DNA of 64,000 nucleotides, from positions 832,001-896,000 of the forward strand of contig CAWETU010000001.1 of NCBI GenBank assembly GCA_963812135.1, read 5' to 3'. The position numbers and the translations under genes were made by a program. This DNA comes from Vulcanimicrobiota bacterium. GTDB taxonomy: Bacteria > Vulcanimicrobiota > Vulcanimicrobiia > Eremiobacterales > Eremiobacteraceae. Under the pieces are notes generated by a model. The model saw only the letters and a program-made list of their open reading frames with translations, had not been told where the DNA came from and ran no database searches. Position 1 is the first letter of the stretch. Each line of letters begins with the position of its first letter. This document shows positions 37,469-49,092 of this stretch, in pieces.

Positions 37469-40400
37469 GTGGAAAACCCAGCTGCGATGATGGCCCAATC
37501 GCGCTTGTGCGTATTGGGGAAGTTCTCGCTCGAGCTTGGGAGGGTGACGGCGCCCAGCCTCGCCACGCAAAAAGCGCGCGCACTCCTTGCCTATCTAATC
37601 GCCCACCGGCAGTCTGACGCGGGACGCGAGCGCCTGCTCGAGGTCCTATGGCCCGAAATCGAACCCGATCGGGCCAAGGAGGGGCTGCGGACGGCGCTTT
37701 GGTCGATCCGAAGGGCCGTACGAGACGCTGGCTTCGAGCCAGACCAATACCTGACTGCGAATCGCGCGATTGTGCGATGGACGGCGCAAACCTGGTTAGA
37801 CGCGGAAGCCTTCGTCGAATTCGCACACAGCGATGATGCCAACCGGCTTGAGGCCGCCCTCGCGCTGTACAAAGGAGACTTTCTCGAAGGCGATTACGAG
37901 GAATGGACAGTCGCCGAACGTACTCGACTCGGAAATGAGTACGAATCACTTCTTTCGCGCCTCGTGCGAAGCACGCACAACCACGAGGCTGCCCAACAGC
38001 TGCTGACTCGCAATCCGTACGATGAACCTTCCTATCTCTTGCTTATCGAAGGCGAGCTGGCGGCAGGCCGAGTCGTGGCAGCTGCAGCGCTGGGCGAGCG
38101 CTGCGAACGCGCTTTGGCGGAGGTCGGTGCGCAGCCGTCCTCAGACTTGCGGAGATTGGTCACGGGCATCTCGTCGCGGCAGATCCAGTCAGTCCCCAAG
38201 CTCGTCTTGCCCTTCGTCGGGCGCGACACGGAACTTGCGAAGGTTCGCGATCATCTGCTTGATGATGCGCCGGGTGGCCATGCACTGGTGACAAGCGGAG
38301 CACCGGGCATCGGCAAGTCGTCATTTTTGGCTCACGCCGCCGACATCGCACAAAGCTTGGCGCGCACTGTTGTGAAGGTCCGCTGTTTCGACGCCGACGC
38401 GCGTCCTTTTGGACCGTTCGAGGAGTTGTACGCTGACCTATACGACGAGCCTCTCGCTCCGCCGCAAGCGGGCGACCAACACGACGCTGCGCAGCGCCTA
38501 GCAGTATCTTTGGTCAGCGGGTTACGGCCAGGCGCGGTTATCTCGATCGATGACGCGCACATGCTGGCGCCGGATGCGCGTCGCGTGCTTTCCGCGCTCG
38601 CCGGGCACTCCGACGCGCAAGGGCACATGCTCTTGGTAGCTACTCGCACGGAGGGGCGACCGGACCTCCTTGCGGCGCTGGCGGGATGTCAGGTCGAGGA
38701 TATCGTGCTCGCGCCGCTGCGTCTCGATGACCTGCAAGCCGCGATCGCCTCCGTCGTGGCTGATAATCCTGAGATCGTCGCGCGGACCGTCTTCGAGCGC
38801 AGCGGCGGGCATCCGCTGTTTGCCGCCACGCTGCTCGACTCGCTGGCGCAATCGGGCACGCTTAGGGCGGATCATGGTACGTGGCGGTTGGTCGGAGCGC
38901 TCGACGACCAGGTTCCGCTGCCCAAGACGCTCACGACGTACATCCGGGCTCGGCTGCATGCTCGCGGCGAAACGGCATCGATGGTAGCCGCTGCGCTCTC
39001 GCTTGAGCCCCACGCGACCGCAGACGAGATCACGGCGGCGACGCAGCTCTCGGAACAGCAAGTCTTCGACGCGATCGATGACCTGCTGGCTCTTGGAGTC
39101 TTGATTCAGCCCGTATCGGGACCCAAGTTGGCGTTCGCGCACGATCTCTATCGCGAAGTCGCCGCAGGGATGCTCAATACGGGCAGGCGCACGCGCCTGC
39201 ACCGCGCGTTTGCGCAACGTCTCGCATCCTCCCAGGGCGCGGAATCGTCGCTGCGATGCGCGCGGCATTTGATGCACGCCGGCGACGTCGCGACCGCAGC
39301 CCAAGCATACTATCGCGCGGCGAACGAGGCGCTGGAGTGGGGAGCTTGGATGGAAGCGCGCGATCGATGCATAGCCGGCATCGAAGGGCTTGAGAAACTT
39401 GAACGCAATGCCGAGACAGACACCCTTCTCGCTCGCCTGAAGACGCTCTCCGCGAAGGCGCAAGCGGCTCTCGGAGATTCCTCCTCCGCCATCGCTACCG
39501 CGAGCGAGGCGATCTCGCTCGCGAAACGTTCAGGAGAGTCGCGTACCGCCATCGAGGCGGCACTAACCCGCCAACGCGCTTTGCTAGATGACTACGACGC
39601 GGCCGCAGCCCTTGCGAGTGCCCGTGAGGTGGCGTCGATGGCGCGAGAGGCTCGCGAGATCAAGCGCTGGCCGTCGCGCTCGCCGACGAATCTCGGTCGC
39701 AGCGGCTTCTTGCGTGTGAGGCGGAGGCCATTCGAGCCGCTACTGAAGCGGAAGCCACCGCGAACGCTACGGGCGACTGGGATCTATCGTGTTACGCGCT
39801 CGAGCAGCTCATACTCGCGGACGTCACGTGGTGGAGATTTGCGGATGGAGTGGATGCGGCCGGACGTGCATCCCAGGCAGCAACACGCGCGAGTCGGCTC
39901 GCGCAAGCCGCCGTTCAGTGCGCTCTCGCGACGTTGAATTTGGCGCTCGAACACCGTGGCGAGGCATCGGTGCACGTCGAGGCCGCAGCGGCTTTGCTTC
40001 GAGAAGACCTCGGCTCCCCTCGACGGAGCGTGGCATACGCGCCCTTTAGCCCGGCAAGGCTGAGACTTGCGATCGCTGCGATCGCGACCCAGCTGGCATT
40101 GGAGGATGGTGATGCGGAGCGTGCTCTATCACTGGCGAGTGATCTCGGACGCATAAACTCTCCCCGCTCGCGTGAACTGGCACACCTGTTGTGCGCTGAT
40201 GCACATATCAAGCTCGGCGTTTTCGATGCAGAGGACAACGATGCCTCAACGTCCCCGGCTCAGAATACAAGACCGTTCGTCCAGGACGTGTACAGTGGCA
40301 GCCGCTCTCCCGCGTTGACGGGCGCTGTCATGGCTGCGGGCCGAGGATCGCAGGACGGATCAGCGCTGCTGATGAGCCTCCTCGACATCGTGGAGGGCGC

Positions 40401-40584
40401 CGCACGTCGAGCACCGCTCGATGCGGATCGAGCTTTCGCGCAGATCGCGCTCGCCGCGCAAGGCTGCGGCGCACAACACGTCGCTTCAAGGGCCGCACTG
40501 CGGCGGGACGACTATCGCGCGATGCGCGCTGCGGCAAGGTCCGGCCTGCGGACGCCGGAGCGCATCGAGTCGAGGAGCAGGTAA
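37469..40584 (+). CDS. BTAD/SARP-AAA ATPase-TPR (STAND-like) transcriptional regulator, frameshift near 39658
   Basis: KARALLAYL..LWPE BTAD, FVGRDTEL, GAPGIGKS, IDDAH, GHPLF; reading continues DQALAVALADES.. into ORF 39850-40584. Confidence 0.85.
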
Positions 40585-42287
40585 GCAGTCGCAGCGCGCT
40601 GGGCAAGCGTGACGAGTCCTTTGACCTCATCAGGCGATGGTGGGGTGCAGTTCTCACGGCTTCCATAGAACGTCACTCCCACGATGCGCCCGCCAGACTG
40701 CATGGGAACCGCAACGATCGGCTGCTGCGGGGGTGACGCATCCGTACGCGACCAGCCGATAGCCGCCAGGTCGATCGACGGCGGGCGCTTGTTGAGTGAC
40801 GCCATTAGCGGATCATCGGGCAGAAGATGCCACAGCGCGTCTGGCGGCCAGCCGATGCCGATCTCGCGCAGCAGTCCGCCGTCGGCGACTCGCCGGAAGA
40901 AGACCGCAGAGGCAAGGCCAAGCGCGTTGGCAGCTCCGGATGTGACGATCCCCTCGATGGCGCTCGGCGACTCAGCGACATCAATGGCGTCGAGAGCGGC
41001 TTTGAGACGGACCCGAGCGTCGTATCGCCGCCGGAACAGGAAGCGATCAACGAGGTCGATCGCGCGCCCCTGGATGGCACGCACCCAGAAGCCCAACCCG
41101 AGTGCCACGGCGATGTCAATGGCGAGCTCGATGCGCGAGCCGTGGAAACGCGAAGTAAAAATCGCATCGATAGCTGCAAAAATGCCGAGCGCTGTAAGAA
41201 TGAGGAGCGCGTAGACCAGCGTGCGGCTAAGAACGAATTCGATATCGAACAGTCGGTGACGTATGATCGCATAACCGAGCGCGAACGGAAGCAATATCTG
41301 AAACAGTTCCCACGGGTAGGTGCCGAGGATATCGAACATCGGCCACGCCGGTTGCCCCAATAGACGGTTGGAATCGAGGGCTAACCGATACGCACCCGGC
41401 AGGACAAAGGCGGCGATCACCCACGCGATACGTGTGCGCTCGGAGGTGGGAGATTCGAAGTAACAGCGGAGCAGTGCCCCAAGCCCGATCAGTTGCCCGA
41501 AAATGCTTACGGCGTTTTGAGACCTCTCGAGCATATCCGAACCGACGAGGAAGAAAACTCCCGCGATATCCCAGATGAGGCCAAGCACGATGCTGGCCGC
41601 GAGCCCACCTAAGACGAAGGGGAGCGCGCGCCGGCCCCAGCCCGTCAAACGATCGTTAGGGAACAACAATGCGAAGAGCGCGAACGCGAACGGCGCGGCA
41701 AACATTACCAGGTCGTGCGGTATCATCATGGGCAGGCTGATGAGCGGTGGCAGCCAGGCGTACATATCCGAGACCATGGAGCCACCGGTTCCGATGGAGC
41801 CGCCGGCTATCGTGCCTATGTAGAACATCCCAGTCATCCAACCGGGCCGCAGCCATACCAGTGCCACGCCCAGCGCGATGCGTAACAAGTAGGTGAACAG
41901 CCAGAAGACGCTCTGCGGAACAGTGGAAGGGCTCATCGGCAAAGGTCGCGCCGCGAGATCGACGATTCTTTCCTTTCCGCCGTGCACTATATGCAGCTTT
42001 ATCGTTTGGCCCGGTCGCGCGCCCCCGAGGTGTTCGCGCAGGGTTTCATATTGCGTCTCGATTCGGTCACCGACGAGAATTCCAGCATCGTCCGCCGCGG
42101 AGTGCGGAACGATCTCTGTGACAGGATCGTTTCCGACGTTGATGCCGAAATCGTAGCGCGGAATCCAATAGAAGGCGATGTCGGGCGCGGCGAGCGCGAG
42201 CACGTAGATCGTCATGGCGATGACGACGATCTTCCAAATGACAGACTTACGCCGATCCTGTGCGAGCGCGGCGGCTACCATAGCCAC
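40512..42287 (-). CDS. Membrane sensor-like protein: PDZ + multi-TM + C-terminal GAF-like domain
   Basis: SAADDAGILVGD PDZ, about 9 TMs, YAIIRHRLFDI, VAVPMQSGGRIVG. Confidence 0.7.
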   Translation of the reverse strand: MAMVAAALAQDRRKSVIWKIVVIAMTIYVLALAAPDIAFYWIPRYDFGINVGNDPVTEIVPHSAADDAGILVGDRIETQYETLREHLGGARPGQTIKLHIVHGGKERIVDLAARPLPMSPSTVPQSVFWLFTYLLRIALGVALVWLRPGWMTGMFYIGTIAGGSIGTGGSMVSDMYAWLPPLISLPMMIPHDLVMFAAPFAFALFALLFPNDRLTGWGRRALPFVLGGLAASIVLGLIWDIAGVFFLVGSDMLERSQNAVSIFGQLIGLGALLRCYFESPTSERTRIAWVIAAFVLPGAYRLALDSNRLLGQPAWPMFDILGTYPWELFQILLPFALGYAIIRHRLFDIEFVLSRTLVYALLILTALGIFAAIDAIFTSRFHGSRIELAIDIAVALGLGFWVRAIQGRAIDLVDRFLFRRRYDARVRLKAALDAIDVAESPSAIEGIVTSGAANALGLASAVFFRRVADGGLLREIGIGWPPDALWHLLPDDPLMASLNKRPPSIDLAAIGWSRTDASPPQQPIVAVPMQSGGRIVGVTFYGSRENCTPPSPDEVKGLVTLAQRAATAYLLLDSMRSGVRRPDLAAARIAR

Positions 42288-42442
42288 GTGGGCTTCGAGA
42301 AATACACGAATGGAAACTCTAGGTCTAAGCTATTCGAAAGTGTCCCGACAAACACTATTGAGCGCTCTAGCAAGCTCTGAATCATCCAGGCTTCGGATAC
42401 CTGCTCACGAACCATAATAGACCTTTCCGGTTTGGGGCGGAC

Positions 42443-45400
42443 ATGCGTACATCGATCGGCCAGTGCATCATCGTGGCTCTGATATGCGTATGCTCAGTTT
42501 GGATTCCATCGCCGCCTGCCGCCGCCGGCACGACCGGTGCCATTCAGGGTTACGTTACCGACGAATCAGGCCTGGGCATCGCCGGCGTCAGGGTCGCCTT
42601 GGCATCGGCGTCGGGCGATTTCACCTCGACATCCGCGTCTGCGGGCTATTATGCTTTCAATGGACTGCCTCTTGACACGTACACGGTCACCTTTTCCAAG
42701 GATGGCTATGTAACGCAGTCAATTCGCGGCAACACGACGGTACAGGACCAAGCAATCCGCATAAGCGCCCGACTGAAGGCCGGCCTCAAGACGCTCGCTC
42801 GTATCAGCGTGCGCAGCTCGGAATCGCTCGTCCAGCCCACTGTCACTGCGGACACCTACGTTATCAGCGAGCAACGGTTGTCAGATATCCTGGGGATGCC
42901 GCAGGCGCTCAACAACCCTCCGGGTCTTTCGGGTCCCGGCACTAATCCCCAGGTATTCAACGCGCTACCCGGCGTCATGCCAGATGCCGGCGGCTTTCCG
43001 ACGATCCGCGGCGACAGCGGAGTGGGATACCAGTTCGAGGGGGTCGATTGGGGGGGAGGCTTATTGACGTTTTCTGGCGTTCATAGCGTGCAGCTCACGA
43101 CGGGAGGCTATGACGTCAGCAACGGTAACGCGACCGCCGGCGTGATAAACGAGGTGATCAAGAGGGGGACGTATCCAGGTCACGGCCAGGTCACATTTTC
43201 GATCGCCAACCCACAGTACGGTCATAACATCTCATTCGAGTACGGCGACGCGACCGAGAACAACCGGTTTAGCTATTACCTGTCCTTTTCCGGTATGCGA
43301 GACGCCGTGAACTATGGCGATCCAAGGCCGTTTCCGCTTATGGTCGGTTTCACCACTTTCAACTCACTGAACGACAACGTCATCAACCTCCTTTATCATT
43401 TCGGTAACGGGAACAGCAACGAGCTTCAATTCGAGACGCGCATCAGTACAATCACCGTCCCCTTTAACTATTTGGCTCTGCCCGCGCTTGCGCCGTACGC
43501 GTCAAACAACGGCGTCGTAGAGGCGTCGTCCGACCCGTTTGGCTTCGGACAGCCGTCGACGTTCCAAAGCAACTACATCACATTCATGCCCGGGCAAGCC
43601 GCGTATCAGCAGAACACCAACCAGGCCGACACCGAAACGGACAACGCGGCCGTCGGCAAGCTCGGTTTCAAACGGCAGCTGACAGCGTCGAGTTTTGTAG
43701 AGCTGCGCATCTTCGAGAATTATGACACTAGCGTCGTTTGGGCTGCCTACAATCAAGGGGCATTCAGCGATTTTTACCGCGACCGGCATGCGAAAGCGTT
43801 CGGAGAAGCGTTCGACTACACGAACCAGCTCAGCAGCAAGCACGAGCTCAGCTTCGGCGGCACCGGCACGTACGAGACCATCTCTGAGGTACAGGGGGGT
43901 GCGAGCTCCGACCCGTTCCTCGAACCCCTCGAGGGCCTGGGTTGCCCAAAGCTCGCCGGCTACTTGGCGGCGAACACGGGCCTAACTGGGTTCCCCCAAG
44001 TGTCTACGTCGGGCGTAGGCGGGTGCTATATCGGCCCCTACAACAATGCGATCAACAACGCTTTCGTTGCGCGAGGGTTCCCGAATCCCGGGTTGCCGAC
44101 CGATCCGGGCAACGCGCCTTTGAACATCTACGTGACATCACGCGGCGTAGTCGCCGATCCGGTCCACCGCTGGGACCTGTATGTCAAGGATCGCTGGCAA
44201 CCCAACGAACGGCTCACCGTCACGCTCGGCCTGCGTTGGGACAAAGAGGTGGTTGAGATGCCAGCCAACGCCGGCGAGCTGGACTCGACATACTATTTCG
44301 ACGACGGCGGCAATCTCGTCACGCTTCCGGGGCAGCCGATCGCCAAGGAGGTGACGCACCCGCAGCAGATCAGTCCGCGGGTCGCCGCGAGCTACGCGCT
44401 AACCGTGCGCGACGCGTTGCGCTTTTCGTATGGGACGAATATCCAGTTCGTCAATATCGCGCAACTCGAAAACGCGTATCAGGTGCCCGCATCGCTGCAG
44501 AGCTGCAACATCGCCAATGGATGTTTCATCCCCCTGCCGGGGTTTGGCACGACCAACCACGTCACCAACCTCTACCAACAAGTCTTGCTGGATCTTAACA
44601 CCAATGCAACCTTGCCGTACCAGCCAGTGCTCCCACAAACCGCCATCAACCTCGACTTCTCCTACGGGCATGCTTTTGGCCGAGGCGTCGAGATGCGCTT
44701 GACCCCTTACTATCGCAAAGGCTCAAACTATGCGGTCGGGATCTCGACGCCATTGCTCGTGTTGCCGAGCGGAAGGCCAATCTATAGCCCTGGTCGCCTC
44801 GTGAACGGGGGCATCAATAAGAGCACCGGCATCGAGTTCGCGCTGCAGCGCAATGCAGCATACGGATTTTCGGGACTGGTCGATGCCACATACAACAACA
44901 CCATCGCGAACGACGCGGACTGGATCGCCGGCAGCGCGGCGTTCGTCTCGGGCCGTTTTTTCCATGTGTCAGACGTGGCGCCGTTCAATGGCGCGCTGAA
45001 CCTAGTTTACAACACACATAAGGGATTGCACGTCTCTACGACGATCTCGTTCGATTCCGGTTTGCGCTACGGCGTGGGCAAGAAAACGTTTATCTTCGAC
45101 CCCAACGGCAAACCGGTTCAGGTGCTCAACACTGACTTAGCAACCTGGGTCGGGTTCGCTTATTACGTGACTGATCCGACGAACCCAGGCACGGTCTACG
45201 CGCCGAACATCGTCGCGTCGCGGGGTACCCCTGAAGGCGATGATCCCTTCACTCTGTACGGGACGCCGACCACCATCGTCAATCTGTCCATTTCACAGTC
45301 ATTGGGTGCGGGACCAAGTAATTTTCAGGTCGGCGTCGGAGCGGAGAACCTCTTCGCCAACTACGGGTCTGCCGATACTTCGGTAAATACATCATATGGG

Positions 45401-45574
45401 TTCTCCGGTTATGGCAACGGTGGGCTGCCCTCGGGCGTGAACAGTAGCGCTTGTGGCCCCGGCCAAACGCTCGGCTGCCAGCCGTTCCAATATAACTTTG
45501 GCGCTGATCCTTACGAAAGAAGTCCATTCGGGCCGCCGCGCATGTTCACGTTTTTCGTCAGCGCGAAATTCTGA
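42443..45574 (+). CDS. TonB-dependent-receptor-like outer membrane protein with carboxypeptidase-regulatory-like N-terminal domain
   Basis: Signal peptide, TGAIQGYVTD, LPGV plug, GVINEV, LGLRWD, terminal aromatic F. Confidence 0.8.
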   Translation: MRTSIGQCIIVALICVCSVWIPSPPAAAGTTGAIQGYVTDESGLGIAGVRVALASASGDFTSTSASAGYYAFNGLPLDTYTVTFSKDGYVTQSIRGNTTVQDQAIRISARLKAGLKTLARISVRSSESLVQPTVTADTYVISEQRLSDILGMPQALNNPPGLSGPGTNPQVFNALPGVMPDAGGFPTIRGDSGVGYQFEGVDWGGGLLTFSGVHSVQLTTGGYDVSNGNATAGVINEVIKRGTYPGHGQVTFSIANPQYGHNISFEYGDATENNRFSYYLSFSGMRDAVNYGDPRPFPLMVGFTTFNSLNDNVINLLYHFGNGNSNELQFETRISTITVPFNYLALPALAPYASNNGVVEASSDPFGFGQPSTFQSNYITFMPGQAAYQQNTNQADTETDNAAVGKLGFKRQLTASSFVELRIFENYDTSVVWAAYNQGAFSDFYRDRHAKAFGEAFDYTNQLSSKHELSFGGTGTYETISEVQGGASSDPFLEPLEGLGCPKLAGYLAANTGLTGFPQVSTSGVGGCYIGPYNNAINNAFVARGFPNPGLPTDPGNAPLNIYVTSRGVVADPVHRWDLYVKDRWQPNERLTVTLGLRWDKEVVEMPANAGELDSTYYFDDGGNLVTLPGQPIAKEVTHPQQISPRVAASYALTVRDALRFSYGTNIQFVNIAQLENAYQVPASLQSCNIANGCFIPLPGFGTTNHVTNLYQQVLLDLNTNATLPYQPVLPQTAINLDFSYGHAFGRGVEMRLTPYYRKGSNYAVGISTPLLVLPSGRPIYSPGRLVNGGINKSTGIEFALQRNAAYGFSGLVDATYNNTIANDADWIAGSAAFVSGRFFHVSDVAPFNGALNLVYNTHKGLHVSTTISFDSGLRYGVGKKTFIFDPNGKPVQVLNTDLATWVGFAYYVTDPTNPGTVYAPNIVASRGTPEGDDPFTLYGTPTTIVNLSISQSLGAGPSNFQVGVGAENLFANYGSADTSVNTSYGFSGYGNGGLPSGVNSSACGPGQTLGCQPFQYNFGADPYERSPFGPPRMFTFFVSAKF

Positions 45575-45690
45575 GGGCGACTTTCGACTTTCAGTCCTAT
45601 TAAGAAGCAGCCGCCAATTCTGAGACCGTCGGCTACTTCCCATTGGGAGCGATCGTCGTGTGCTCGATGGTCAAGCCCGCCGACATGCGA

Positions 45691-47322
45691 TCAGTTTAGT
45701 CCGACTTGTCCTGACTCTGAGCGGGAGGGCTTGCGCAGCACCAGCTCGACCTCACCGTCATCCGCGATGATCACCTCATCCGCGCCGACGGGCGCGCCGC
45801 GCTTGCGTTGCGCCAGCGTGCACACGACGCCGGCGATGTCGATTGTGCCGCGCGCTCCCTCGCCCATCGCCAGTCCCGTGATGAGCGGCGCGGCTAGCGC
45901 CGCGGCCGAGTACGACGCGCGGATGCGGAAATGTCGCTCCACCTGTTTCGCCGTGTTGGGATCAGCAATGCGCATGACGACAGGCAGGTCGGGGGCGTCG
46001 GTCAGGGCGGTCAGCGCGACCTCCAAGTTCGCGCTATCGCTGTCGGTGACTGCGAGCAGCGCGGCCGCATGCGAAACGCGAGCCAGGTCTTGCGCCGGCT
46101 CGCTCGTCGCGTCGGCGGTCATCACGTGAACGCCCTGCGCGCGCACCTCAGCGGCCAGCGGCTCGTTCGGCGTGCGCTCGATGACGACGACCCGATGGCC
46201 GGCGCTGACGAGGTACTGTGTCGCGCGCGCGCCGACGTTGCCGAAGCCGGCCACCACGATATGTCCGTGGCCGGCCGCCGGGTGCCGCCCTTGCGCGAAT
46301 TCGAGCGAGCGCCGCGTGATGGTGGCGGTCAGATAGGCGAGCAGCGTGCCGGTGATCGCGATGCCGCCGAACATCACGAGTATGCCGACGGCTTTTGAGG
46401 CGTCGTCAGCGCGTAGCAGCGTGATGTCGCCAAAACCGGTCGTCGTCGCCGTGGTCATGACGAAATAGAACGCGTCGAACAGCCGCAGCCCCAACTTGTA
46501 GTGGAAAAAGATCGTGGCGAACGCGAGCAGCCCGAACAGCGACGCGAACAGCGCTGCCAACACGGGGTCGAAACGCCGGTGCACCAGGCGCTGCCACAGG
46601 GTTTCTCGCGGCCGGCCCGGTTCGCGCCGGGGTGTCGTCTGCCGATCCGGCAACCCCTTGGGAGCGTGTTCGAGCAGACATGCGACGGTCACGACGGCGC
46701 CCGCGCGAATCGACGTGGATTCGTCCGGGAACGGGTGCTGATCAATCGCGAGCACATGCCAGCGGCGCTGCGCTTCAAGCTCTCCGACGGCACGATCGAC
46801 GCAATCAAACGCTTCGCTCGGTGCGCGGCAAAACGTCAATAGGTGTTCGGAATAGCGCGGAAATTCGATCGCTTGATAGACGGTCGGATTCAAGCATGAG
46901 GCGGCGAAGGTGGCGGCCGAGAAATTCTCCGGACTAACGGACTCGCTGTCTTTGAGGTTGCTCACGATCTTGCGACCGAGCCAGCGGTTGAACTGGCGCA
47001 GCACGACGCGGATCTGCGGATTGAGATCGCGCGCGGCGAGCACGATACGCAGATTGAGCTGATCGTCCAACGTCATCGCGACGATCGTGGCCGCGCGCTG
47101 CACGCCGGCGCGGGTCAGGATAGCGTCGCGACGGGCATCGCCGGTGACGTGCGAGATGAGGGCGTGATCGAGCTCGACTTCTTGCAGGCGGCTTTCCCAC
47201 ACGGCGCACACGCGCTTTCCCGCACGCGCAAGCCCGCGGCAGACTTCGGCCCCGAGCTCGTCGTGACCGAGCACGACGATGACGTCGACGGTCTCACCCG
47301 CTCGGTGGGTCGTTTCGGTCAC
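45691..47322 (-). CDS. Potassium channel protein with two RCK (TrkA-N) domains
   Basis: Pore FYFVMTTATTTGFGDI; GFGNVG Rossmann motif; N-terminal RCK. Confidence 0.85.
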   Translation of the reverse strand: MTETTHRAGETVDVIVVLGHDELGAEVCRGLARAGKRVCAVWESRLQEVELDHALISHVTGDARRDAILTRAGVQRAATIVAMTLDDQLNLRIVLAARDLNPQIRVVLRQFNRWLGRKIVSNLKDSESVSPENFSAATFAASCLNPTVYQAIEFPRYSEHLLTFCRAPSEAFDCVDRAVGELEAQRRWHVLAIDQHPFPDESTSIRAGAVVTVACLLEHAPKGLPDRQTTPRREPGRPRETLWQRLVHRRFDPVLAALFASLFGLLAFATIFFHYKLGLRLFDAFYFVMTTATTTGFGDITLLRADDASKAVGILVMFGGIAITGTLLAYLTATITRRSLEFAQGRHPAAGHGHIVVAGFGNVGARATQYLVSAGHRVVVIERTPNEPLAAEVRAQGVHVMTADATSEPAQDLARVSHAAALLAVTDSDSANLEVALTALTDAPDLPVVMRIADPNTAKQVERHFRIRASYSAAALAAPLITGLAMGEGARGTIDIAGVVCTLAQRKRGAPVGADEVIIADDGEVELVLRKPSRSESGQVGLN

Positions 47323-47457
47323 ACTTTGACCTCCGGCAGGGCGGGCTTCGTCGCCAGCCAGAGGCGTCCCGTTGCCCTGGATTCCCGGGGCCAGATGCCG
47401 ATGATTGTAGAGGGGACTACCAACCCGTGAGCATTAGGCATGGCCGGGAGAGTTTGA

Positions 47458-47907
47458 GTGCCGAGATCAAGGCGCTGGACCACGGAAATCGGTCCACAAG
47501 AGTCGACGTCGCAGTTCAGCAGGGGCACGACGAAATGGGAGCCCACGCTCGCATTTCCTAAGAGCGGCGCCCACCGCGCGACGATCGGCGACCGGCTTTT
47601 CGCGGAAGTCCACATCGACGTCAAAGTACAACAAGAGCGCGGCGCCAGCCATGACGGCTTCGACGGCACGACGACGCGCTCGGTTCAGCCGTTCATCGAA
47701 AGCATCGTCTACGATTATCTCGGCGTCGAGGCCGAGCGGACGTTGGTAGTGCGGGAAACCTCACGCCAGGGCGAGCGCATCGATCGCGCCACGCTCTACG
47801 TGCGGCTCACCGCAGATGGGCCTACCAAGATCCGGTTCGCCTCGGGCGTCGTCAGCGTGATCGTGGACGACGAGCAGGTCGCGATCGTGCGCTGGCTCGG
47901 CCCGTAG
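47458..47907 (+). CDS. Hypothetical protein
   Basis: GGGAGAG RBS, coding-like codon usage. Confidence 0.6.
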   Translation: MPRSRRWTTEIGPQESTSQFSRGTTKWEPTLAFPKSGAHRATIGDRLFAEVHIDVKVQQERGASHDGFDGTTTRSVQPFIESIVYDYLGVEAERTLVVRETSRQGERIDRATLYVRLTADGPTKIRFASGVVSVIVDDEQVAIVRWLGP

Positions 47908-47943
47908 GAAAAGCAGCCTACTAGAACAAACGTTCGGTATTCG

Positions 47944-49092
47944 ATGGGTGTCCTTAGTGCCCTCGGGGCCTTTATCGCGGTGGTCGTCTCGATCACGCCG
48001 GCCTTACCGGATTCCCTCATTTCCATTTACAACCGCGCCGCAACACTCAATGCGGCGCTTTTCTTTGCCACGCCGGACAAGACGACGTACGTCAGCACGG
48101 GCGACATCGACGCCATGTGGCTGCGCGATTCGAGCATCCAGGCCCGCTCGGTGCTGCACAACCGCCGGCTCGTGCGCGGGGTCATCGCGCGCCAGGAGCG
48201 GCTTATCGCGGTCGATCCATACGCCAACGCGTTCGACCGGAACTATCTGCCGGTAGAACGCAAGTTCGAGATCGACTCGCTGTGCTATCCGGTGCTATTG
48301 GCCGACGACTATGGCCGCGTCACGCACGACCGGGGCGTGTACGATTACGCGTTCTTGGGCGAACTGCGCGCCGTGTTGCAAACGCTTGCGATCGAGCAGC
48401 ACCACGCGACGATGTCGAGCTACCATCATAACGAGAAGCGGATCGACCCGAACACCGGGCTGATCTGGAGCGCGTATCGGCCGAGCGACGAGGCGCAGTC
48501 GTACAATTTCAACATCCCGGAGAACATGCTTGCGTCGGTCACGCTGCGCACTATCTCCCGAGTGTTGCGCGAGCTGTACAACGACGCGCCGGAGGCGCAG
48601 CGCGCGGACGGGGTCGCGGATCGCATCGACGACGCGATCCGTCAGCGGGCGGTCATCAACACGATGGTGGGCCGCATCTACGCGTATGAGATCGATGGCC
48701 TGGGGCACGCGAAGTTCATGGACGACGCCAACACCCCGAGCCTGCTGTCGGTCCCGCTGTTCGGATATCCGGTCGACCCCGCTGTATACGCGAGCACGCG
48801 GCGCTTTGTCCTCAGCCCCGCGAATCCGTATTACTATCGCGGCCGCTACGCCGCCGGCATCGGCAGCTCGCACACGCCCGACAACTATGTCTGGCCGCTG
48901 AGCCTCGTTGTCCAATATCGCACCGCGCTCGACAATGCCGAGCGTCGCGGTTTGGTCAAAGCGCTGGCCGCGTCAAGCGCTGGAGACGGCGCGCTGCACG
49001 AGTCGTTCAACGTGAACGATCCACGCAAGTATACGCGCGAGAGCTTCGGCTGGGTGAACGCCTTCTTCGAACAGACCTTCAAGAAAGAGTAG
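47944..49092 (+). CDS. Glycoside hydrolase family 125 (alpha-mannosidase-like)
   Basis: TGDIDAMWLRDS, ERKFEIDSL, RPSD, MDDANTPSLL, GIGSSHT, LHESF. Confidence 0.88.
   Translation: MGVLSALGAFIAVVVSITPALPDSLISIYNRAATLNAALFFATPDKTTYVSTGDIDAMWLRDSSIQARSVLHNRRLVRGVIARQERLIAVDPYANAFDRNYLPVERKFEIDSLCYPVLLADDYGRVTHDRGVYDYAFLGELRAVLQTLAIEQHHATMSSYHHNEKRIDPNTGLIWSAYRPSDEAQSYNFNIPENMLASVTLRTISRVLRELYNDAPEAQRADGVADRIDDAIRQRAVINTMVGRIYAYEIDGLGHAKFMDDANTPSLLSVPLFGYPVDPAVYASTRRFVLSPANPYYYRGRYAAGIGSSHTPDNYVWPLSLVVQYRTALDNAERRGLVKALAASSAGDGALHESFNVNDPRKYTRESFGWVNAFFEQTFKKE

Noticed and set aside
47323..47457. Possible c-di-AMP or fluoride riboswitch before the K+ channel
   Set aside because: Consensus motifs not recognisable
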